NCBI GenBank assembly: GCA_048938445.1
Contig: JBHLME010000045.1
Span: 1 to 33,281, forward strand
Origin: Promethearchaeota archaeon
GTDB taxonomy: Archaea; Asgardarchaeota; Lokiarchaeia; Sigyniarchaeales; SOKP01
Direction of reading: 5' to 3'
DNA: 33,281 nucleotides
The notes beneath the pieces were generated by a model that was not told the origin of the DNA, did not search any database, and saw only the letters and a list, made by a program, of their open reading frames with translations. The number at the start of each line of letters is the position of its first letter. Within the stretch, counting starts at the first letter, position 1. Positions 26,780-33,281 of the stretch are shown piece by piece. The translations under genes and the position numbers were made by a program.

Positions 26780-27997
26780 TCATAATCCTAAGCAATATAA
26801 TATTGCCAATAAAAGACTACATAATAGTGATGTTTTGAGATAATCATTTCCTTTTATTGGAAGAGTATTAAAGAAAGCAACACTTAATCCACTTATTAAT
26901 AAAATTAGAAGACTTAAATCTAAAATAGTATATAGAAAGAAGGAGACTATTAATATACTAATGATAAATCCCATAAAACCTTCCAGAGTTTTAAGAAATA
27001 ATTTACGCTTTCCAAAAGTTACCTCAAAAAACTTACTAATTGGAATACTAATTAATGTAAAAGCTATTCCAGCAATGACTATTCTTATATTGATAAAATT
27101 GAAAATTATCATAGTTAAGAAAATAGATAATAATATTAATGCAATTTCGAGATGTTTCCGTTCGTTACTTTCTTTAAGATAAGGTATTATTTTTCTCAAA
27201 ATAGCCCCTTCATTATTCTTATTTAAATATTTATTAAAATCTATTAATAATATGATGATAGATGACGACCCTAGTATAATAAGAGTTAATAAAGGTAGAT
27301 AAAAATATAAAATTAATAGAATTATTAAACTAGGATTTAAAAACAACTTCCACCACACTTTTTTTAGTTCATCTTTTATTTTAATTTCATTAAATTGATT
27401 TATGTTATAAAAAGCCATCACAATAATATACCCTAAAATAATCCATGTAAATATAATGAATTGATTTGCTGGATAATAAGGATAATAATACCAAATAGCA
27501 TATCCAATAAGAGGATAAATTAATATTGCTAATAAATTTGATACTTTACAAGCTTGCCTGAATGTTATTAATATTACTAATACATAGAGCATGAAAACAA
27601 GAATTATTAAATCATACAAAGCAAAATTTATTATGTAGGTGATTAAAAGCGCCATGGATGTGGCAAGACCTTGCCCTCCTTTAAATTTTATATAAAAGGG
27701 GAAAATATGTCCTATTATAGCTGCATATCCTGCAATTTGCATTATCATCAAATTTGCTTGGAGTAAATATGCAATCCATATTGCTAATAATCCTTTAAAA
27801 AAATCATAAAATCCTGTCATGACCGCATACTTTACACCTAAAACATGGTACACATTAGAGGTACCCGCATTTTTTGTTCCAACTGTTCTAATATCAATAC
27901 CCTTCATGCGTCCAATAATATATGCAGGTAAAATTGAGCCAAGGATATATCCAATAATTATTGAAAGAATTGCAATCACAATCACGTTAGCAGTCAT
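26780..27997 (-). CDS. plsY: PlsY-like glycerol-3-phosphate acyltransferase fused to a degenerate dolichol/phytol-kinase-like membrane domain
   Basis: GYILGSI, DIRTVGTKNAGTSNV, DFFKG and GHIFPFYIKFKGGQGLAT; C-terminal FGKRK..KTLEG motif. Confidence 0.8.
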   Translation of the reverse strand: MTANVIVIAILSIIIGYILGSILPAYIIGRMKGIDIRTVGTKNAGTSNVYHVLGVKYAVMTGFYDFFKGLLAIWIAYLLQANLMIMQIAGYAAIIGHIFPFYIKFKGGQGLATSMALLITYIINFALYDLIILVFMLYVLVILITFRQACKVSNLLAILIYPLIGYAIWYYYPYYPANQFIIFTWIILGYIIVMAFYNINQFNEIKIKDELKKVWWKLFLNPSLIILLILYFYLPLLTLIILGSSSIIILLIDFNKYLNKNNEGAILRKIIPYLKESNERKHLEIALILLSIFLTMIIFNFINIRIVIAGIAFTLISIPISKFFEVTFGKRKLFLKTLEGFMGFIISILIVSFFLYTILDLSLLILLISGLSVAFFNTLPIKGNDYLKTSLLCSLLLAILYCLGL

Positions 27998-28032
27998 GGT
28001 ATCATATTATTTTTTATCATTATTAATGTCTA

Positions 28033-29349
28033 TTAATTATTTTTATTTGAAAATACTAATAATCTCCAAAAAAACAAGATATAGAGGATTAATAGAAAAA
28101 TTGGTAAGATTGGATCAATAGGAAATATCGTCAAACCAATAACAACTCCAATTCCGAAAAACAATGTACCATATTGTGATATTCTATAAATCATCTTATA
28201 TGTTTGTTTAAATTTTCTTTTATTTTTATCCGATATAATATTCTTTAAATCTTCTTCGAGTTTTAATAAACCGGGAAGGGATATCATGTACCAAATAAGG
28301 AAATTTAAGAACCAAGAATCTGTAAAAGTAATTAACATTATCAGCATTGCCATCCCAAAGAACATTGAATAATTCTTTTCATTATTTGGCATCAAATAAA
28401 ATAAAATTAATATTATGATATATAATACAGGTGTTGAGATCACTAAAATCATAATTTCTGAGATTGAAAGAGAAAATGCACTAAAAAAGACAAAAATTAT
28501 TCTGGTTATACTTGTACTGGGATAATCTGAAAATTGTGAAGTGCTATTTTCTCTTATAAAACCTGTAATTAAATTAGGATATAATATAAAGTATAAAACA
28601 TTTAAAATAAAGGGTATCAGGAATCCAATTAAAGTTATGGCAATCTGCTTGCCTTCAATTTGAAATTTTTTATTTCTATATGAAAACGAAATCTTTAGTA
28701 ATATGGGAATTAGGAGAAAAGCAAATGGTTTATAGGCCATACTAATTCCAACTAATAAACCTACAATTAAATTAGCATATTTAATTTCATATCTCCTATT
28801 TTTTTCATTTTCTAATAATAAAACGACTAGAAGAATAATGAAGATGTAGATTTCGGTTACTTGCCCTATAAATAATAAGACAACTTGTAATGGTGCCATC
28901 AGACTAATAAGCAGCATGTCTCGTTTAATTTTCGTGTTAAATGATATTTTAAAAAATTTGGTAGATAAAATCAAAATGAGGTAAAATGAACAAATATGGA
29001 GAAAAGCCATTAAAATTGTATGAGCTATGAATGCTAATTCATAGGGGATCAAAATATAAGGAATAAAAAGTAATGAGAATATCGGTAAATACCTAAATGA
29101 CATGTCATTAACCACGGGATCATATAATTGTCCGGGATCTATTATAATTAATTTAGTGGATTCATAGAAAATTCTAAAATCATGAGAGATAAGAATATTT
29201 TCAAGTGGGATTATATTTGGAATTAAGATGAAACAGGTTATTGTAAAAATAACATAAATTAAAATTGCATATAGTGAAAGTTTAAGAGTTATCGATTTTT
29301 TAATATATCTATTACAAAATCTAATATCTTCTATAAATGATTCCAACAT
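28033..29349 (-). CDS. GT-C fold membrane glycosyltransferase, GT87/DUF2029-like
   Basis: DFRIFY after TM1, FRYLP, GQV and KP motifs; multiple TM helices. Confidence 0.75.
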   Translation of the reverse strand: MLESFIEDIRFCNRYIKKSITLKLSLYAILIYVIFTITCFILIPNIIPLENILISHDFRIFYESTKLIIIDPGQLYDPVVNDMSFRYLPIFSLLFIPYILIPYELAFIAHTILMAFLHICSFYLILILSTKFFKISFNTKIKRDMLLISLMAPLQVVLLFIGQVTEIYIFIILLVVLLLENEKNRRYEIKYANLIVGLLVGISMAYKPFAFLLIPILLKISFSYRNKKFQIEGKQIAITLIGFLIPFILNVLYFILYPNLITGFIRENSTSQFSDYPSTSITRIIFVFFSAFSLSISEIMILVISTPVLYIIILILFYLMPNNEKNYSMFFGMAMLIMLITFTDSWFLNFLIWYMISLPGLLKLEEDLKNIISDKNKRKFKQTYKMIYRISQYGTLFFGIGVVIGLTIFPIDPILPIFLLILYILFFWRLLVFSNKNN

Positions 29350-29426
29350 TTTATTTTTAAACCCAATATATAGAGTATAACCTTTTTAAATATAGATTTA
29401 TACTTTATAATCTAATTTTAATAATT

Positions 29427-30674
29427 TCATGTAATTTGCTTATTTATAATTTCAACCGCTTTTTCTATACCACCTGATGCTATAATTTCCTCTTTAATTT
29501 TTTGAGCATTTTCTTTATAATTTTGGTCAGAAATTATTTGCGTTAAAGCTTTCTGAATTTTTCCTTTTTTTTGTTTTTTAATCACTATTGCACATCCAGC
29601 TCGTTTTAATTTTGTTGCTATTGCGCCCTGTTCTATTCCAATAGGTATTGCTATTATTGGTCGTCCATAACTCAAAGCATCCAATGCAGTGTTCAAACCA
29701 CAATGGGAAATAAGGATCTCACATTCCTCAAAAATTTCGGGTTGCCTTAAATAATCAAATACAAGGGCATCTCTTTCAAGTTCTTTAACTTGATTTTCAT
29801 CAAGTAGTCCTGCGTGAACTACTATTGGTCGCAAACCTACTGCCTTAGAAGCTTGGACACATTTATGAATTAAACGATACCTAGATCCCAATAAAGTACC
29901 TAAAGAAATATATACATTTTTCACGTTGTCCTTAGGTAAATCGGGGCTAGTATAAGGTAAGACTGCACCATTTCTTAATGGTCCTAGATAAAACCAATCT
30001 TTATTCACTTTTGTTAATGGAAATTCAAGAGACTTCGTCTGTTGGGAGATTGTAGCTAAATTTGAAACTGCAAAATATCGCTTCATTCCAGTTCGTTTTT
30101 CCATATCCCATTTTTTACGCCAACTTTCTAACACTCGAGTATCACGTTTAAGAATGAAATCTGTAACCTTATAAACTCCTTTAAGATTGTGTATTCTCAT
30201 TTTAGAAATATTATATTTCCAGCTAGTGAAAAAAGGAGGGAGTTTAACATCCATTACTATCGCCATTGCATTGCAAATTGAAATAAATGGGATGTTTATG
30301 TGGTCTGCTACAAGAGCGACGGCAGCTTCTAATTGATCACATATAATATAATCGATACCCTCTCTTTCAATAACTTTAGGCAATTCTCTACATACAACAT
30401 CAGACCATTTATTTGTGAATCTTTTTTGCCAAACTCGTCCCATTCTAAGGCCTTTAAGTCTGGACATTTTGCTAGTTATTTTCTTTATACTCCCTTCAGG
30501 GAAGATATCCTTACCTATTGGTATAAAACTAAATTTTCTAATATAATTAGCACTATCTAATAATCCAATAAATTTTAAGTCAAGATTTTTTTTACTTAAT
30601 CTATGGGCAAGAGATATCATTGGATTAATATGCCCCTGCAATGGGGGGCAAATAAATGCTATAGTTTTTATCAT
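29427..30674 (-). CDS. GT1 UDP-glycosyltransferase, zeaxanthin glucosyltransferase CrtX/MGT-like
   Basis: PPLQGHINPM, DQLEAA, ISQ...LEFP..GPLR, YISLGTL, and PSPG-like RQPEI...ISHCGLNTALDAL.....EQ. Confidence 0.85.
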   Translation of the reverse strand: MIKTIAFICPPLQGHINPMISLAHRLSKKNLDLKFIGLLDSANYIRKFSFIPIGKDIFPEGSIKKITSKMSRLKGLRMGRVWQKRFTNKWSDVVCRELPKVIEREGIDYIICDQLEAAVALVADHINIPFISICNAMAIVMDVKLPPFFTSWKYNISKMRIHNLKGVYKVTDFILKRDTRVLESWRKKWDMEKRTGMKRYFAVSNLATISQQTKSLEFPLTKVNKDWFYLGPLRNGAVLPYTSPDLPKDNVKNVYISLGTLLGSRYRLIHKCVQASKAVGLRPIVVHAGLLDENQVKELERDALVFDYLRQPEIFEECEILISHCGLNTALDALSYGRPIIAIPIGIEQGAIATKLKRAGCAIVIKKQKKGKIQKALTQIISDQNYKENAQKIKEEIIASGGIEKAVEIINKQIT

Positions 30675-30930
30675 TATTTAAGTAGCTCTTTTTTTAATTA
30701 CAATTTTATTCAAAAAAATAAGATTTGATTAAAAACAATTGTGTTTATAATTTATTAATTCCAATACATATAAATGGTAAATTAAAGCTATTTTTCTTTC
30801 TTTTTTATGATTAGATTAACATTTACTAATGTGAAAATCTGAAAGTTGTGAATTAACTTCTTTATGAAAAAAATTGAATAAAAAAAAATATTAATAAAGC
30901 TTTGGTAAAATTTGAACCTATTATACTGTA

Positions 30931-31071
30931 TTAGTCTTCAAATTCTTCCCAATCTCCATCATTTAGGTCCTCATCCGAATCATCATCATAATCGCCAATT
31001 TCTTCCTCGTATCGGTCCCAGAAATCTCTATTTTTTCCTTTTTTAGGTCCATATACATTTAATTTGACCAC
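30931..31071 (-). CDS. Small acidic, probably disordered protein (46 aa), not in the ORF track
   Basis: GTG start. Translates MVKLNVYGPKKGKNRDFWDRYEEEIGDYDDDSDEDLNDGDWEEFED-stop. Higher GC than the flanks; purine-rich AAGGGA upstream. Confidence 0.65.
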   Translation of the reverse strand: MVKLNVYGPKKGKNRDFWDRYEEEIGDYDDDSDEDLNDGDWEEFED

Positions 31072-31208
31072 TTTCTATTCCCTTACATTTTTATAATTAA
31101 ACATTACATGAACTAGTTATCAAATTTAATATCAAATAAGAAATATTTAAATATTATTATCCAACTGAATGTTGTTAGATTTTGAGTAATAAGATTTTAT
31201 CATTATTC

Positions 31209-32111
31209 TCAAACTAATGTATATCCTTTTTCAACATTTTCTATCCTTCCATTGTTAAGGAACTTTTCAAAATGTTTTTGGAGCATTATTTTTTCTGCTA
31301 CTAGCAGATATTCTGAAAACGCATCTTTATAGGAGTGATATATAATGTTTTTGCGCACTAAATCACTAATAATTGTAGGTTTTTTTTCTGAAAAATATTG
31401 CAATATTCTTTCTTCTCTCTTCTCGATGATTGATTTATAATCATTTAATCTGTCCCTTACCTTTTTCCTTCCTTCAACCATTCCATTATGACCTGATATA
31501 GCCATATCAATATCTATATGTAATAATTTATCAATAGATTCTTCAAATTGCATTAAATTACTGTCCAAGCACCCATACCATGGCCCAAAAGAAGAAAGAT
31601 CGATGTCACCTAAGAATGCTATTTTTGAATTAAGATCATAAAAACAACAATGTCCTGCTGAATGACCCGGAGAATGTATAACTTTCACTTGAATGTCATT
31701 CCCAATTGTAAATAATTGACCGTCTCTAAAGATTTTTTCGACTCGTGTGTCTTGTATTCGTATTATATCATATAAATATTGTTTAAACAAAGGTTCAGAG
31801 GGAGTTTTTTCCACACAATAATAATCAATAAATTTTCTAGAATTTTCAATCACTTCTTTATCTAATGGATGGCAAAAATGGTCTACATTTTTTAAGATCA
31901 GATTATCTCGTATGTGATCTTCATGCCAGTGGCTAAAAAAAACAGTATTAATTAGGAAATCTTTGTTCACTTTTCTAAGATGTTTTCTAGAAATACCTGT
32001 ATCAATCAAATGATCCTTATATAATATTGAGTTGGAATAAGGAAGCTTTCCATTTCTTTCACCTTTAATAAAGTATATTTGCTCTGTTATTGGTATGATA
32101 AAGTCATTCAT
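31209..32111 (-). CDS. Metallo-beta-lactamase-fold hydrolase with C-terminal helical/wHTH-like extension
   Basis: LIDTG, SHWHEDH, HSPGHSAGH, GD and SGH metal ligands. Confidence 0.9.
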   Translation of the reverse strand: MNDFIIPITEQIYFIKGERNGKLPYSNSILYKDHLIDTGISRKHLRKVNKDFLINTVFFSHWHEDHIRDNLILKNVDHFCHPLDKEVIENSRKFIDYYCVEKTPSEPLFKQYLYDIIRIQDTRVEKIFRDGQLFTIGNDIQVKVIHSPGHSAGHCCFYDLNSKIAFLGDIDLSSFGPWYGCLDSNLMQFEESIDKLLHIDIDMAISGHNGMVEGRKKVRDRLNDYKSIIEKREERILQYFSEKKPTIISDLVRKNIIYHSYKDAFSEYLLVAEKIMLQKHFEKFLNNGRIENVEKGYTLV

Positions 32112-32200
32112 GATGAAAAATCTTGATTAATATATCGAAAAGTAAAATGTAAAAAATCTGATAAAGTTTTGGTTGAAATATATGAATGAGCTATTAATGT

Positions 32201-32743
32201 TTATTTGATTAAATAAGAAAGATACTTGTTTATTTTATTCAACCATGAATTTCCAGTAAATTCCAATCGAGAAAGATCTTCTCTTGAGCAATTTACATAA
32301 AAATTATTGAAAATCATTTCGTTATCTTTAAATAAGACTTTAAGAAAGTCTTTTATGATGTTTGAGATAAGTTTTACTTGAACCCTTGGATTTAGAAAAA
32401 AGGTAACTGTAAACTTCTCAAAACAAAAAAAAGTATGCATTTTCAACCCCGTTCCCATTAAATTTAAACCAGATAAGTCTTTAAAATTAATGGTTTCAGA
32501 AAATCTTTCAAAAGCACTAATGAACATTGGGATCAAGTCCAAATCAAATTCTTCTTCAAAATCATCATTCATATTATTTTTTAAAAAATAATACAATGCC
32601 CCTTCAAAAATTTCAAATCTAAGTAACGTTTTTCCATCCTTATCCGCGATTAAGCAACCTATAAATGGTGGAATGTTTCCTTGATTATTAGTATATTCTT
32701 TTAAATTCTCATAGATTTCAGTATTGAAGTGATTTGCGATCAT
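32201..32743 (-). CDS. Longin/roadblock-like Asgard-type protein
   Basis: GCLIADKDGKTL...DLIPMFISAFERFS...GLNLMG...FTVTFFLN pattern resembles the longin/roadblock fold. Confidence 0.5.
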   Translation of the reverse strand: MIANHFNTEIYENLKEYTNNQGNIPPFIGCLIADKDGKTLLRFEIFEGALYYFLKNNMNDDFEEEFDLDLIPMFISAFERFSETINFKDLSGLNLMGTGLKMHTFFCFEKFTVTFFLNPRVQVKLISNIIKDFLKVLFKDNEMIFNNFYVNCSREDLSRLEFTGNSWLNKINKYLSYLIK

Positions 32744-32991
32744 TTTTAATTACTTACTTTTTTGTTCATTAAATAATAGTAGCCAAAAATGTTATAAAAA
32801 TATTAACTTTTTTCACACAATTCCGCTTTGATAGCACAAATGATGTATTTAAATAGGCTTTTTTTACCACAAACTATATGGAAATTTATCTTTTAATAAA
32901 AATATAAAATGTATTTTGAAGCACAAAAAATAAGTAATAAGGAGGATTTTTTAAATATAAATAGAAGTACATTCCAATTTATTTTTTTAAA

Positions 32992-33168
32992 TTATTTTAA
33001 TGCATAATAGCACCGTTTTGGTGAATGAACCTTTCCTTCTTCCTTTAAATCCTTTATAATTTTCGAAACATTTTTCGATTCAATTCCGGTTGTTTTTGCT
33101 ATATCTCCCGGTCGAAGAGGTTTGCCTGCATTTTTAAAAGCTTCAAGTATTTTATCTTTATCTGACAT
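32992..33168 (-). CDS. Small stand-alone winged-HTH protein (58 aa), not in the ORF track
   Basis: MSDKDKILEAFKNAGKPLRPGDIAKTTGIESKNVSKIIKDLKEEGKVHSPKRCYYALK-stop: three helices plus a wing. Confidence 0.85.
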   Translation of the reverse strand: MSDKDKILEAFKNAGKPLRPGDIAKTTGIESKNVSKIIKDLKEEGKVHSPKRCYYALK

Positions 33169-33281
33169 TATAACTTCAAATTTATTATTTTATTAGATAA
33201 TATTATTTGTATATTAATTGAATGTTAGTTATATATACTCACTTTTTTTTTATTAAAATATTTTTTTATTTTAAAATATAA

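Noticed and set aside
1496-30560. Short antisense ORFs in the track (1496-1759, 3354-3536, 7298-7600, 8786-8998, 11041-11223, 14195-14458, 16974-17183, 17425-17745, 18314-18514, 18554-18784, 20509-20718, 24416-24628, 26961-27182, 27819-28121, 30333-30560)
   Set aside because: All overlap well-supported genes on the opposite strand and have no recognisable motifs; they are shadow ORFs.
22713-30674. Complete de novo carotenoid biosynthesis operon
   Set aside because: No phytoene synthase, GGPP synthase, cyclase or hydroxylase in the window; CrtI-family membership alone does not define the reaction.
690-31211. Selenocysteine readthrough at TGA stops (rpl7ae, longin-like, GTPase, rpl24e, PlsY fusion, GT1, MBL hydrolase)
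   Set aside because: Each TGA falls at a plausible protein end rather than at a catalytic Cys position. I did not recognise a SECIS by eye.
1-33281. tRNA, rRNA, CRISPR array, transposase, integrase or prophage
   Set aside because: Intergenic regions are short and very AT-rich with no cloverleaf or regularly spaced repeats, and no mobile-element proteins were recognised. This was assessed by eye only; tRNAscan-SE/Infernal would be decisive.

Overview
A strongly AT-rich, gene-dense chromosomal segment, most likely from an Asgard archaeon (Lokiarchaeia/Promethearchaeota-like). This is inferred from archaeal informational genes (rps28e, rpl7ae, rpl24e, rps6e, rpoN/rpo10) occurring together with eukaryotic-signature-type proteins: a Rab-like small GTPase with an adjacent longin-like protein, a gelsolin-like protein and a second longin/roadblock-like protein. 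Metabolic genes include fae-hps, a reverse rubrerythrin, a GH57 branching enzyme, a nitroreductase and a PRTase. The most interesting items are: (1) a five-gene minus-strand lipid/polyene-modifying cluster (CrtX-like GT1, GT87-like GT-C, PlsY fused to a degenerate dolichol/phytol-kinase domain, a CrtI-like enzyme fused to a GltD/PreT-type Fe-S module, and a second CrtI-like enzyme); (2) an 830-aa TrmB-like protein with a ~600-aa coiled-coil insert and a basic/aromatic motif at its midpoint; (3) three membrane/LbH modules resembling the C-terminal part of poly-lysine synthetase, in two same-frame ORFs separated by one TAA; (4) a membrane-tethered transcription factor paired with a paralogous ectodomain protein; (5) a PAS histidine kinase split at an A9G slippery site; and (6) two small ORFs missed by the ORF track. 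I saw no tRNA, rRNA, CRISPR array or mobile element. All family assignments are from motif recognition by eye; no database search was run.
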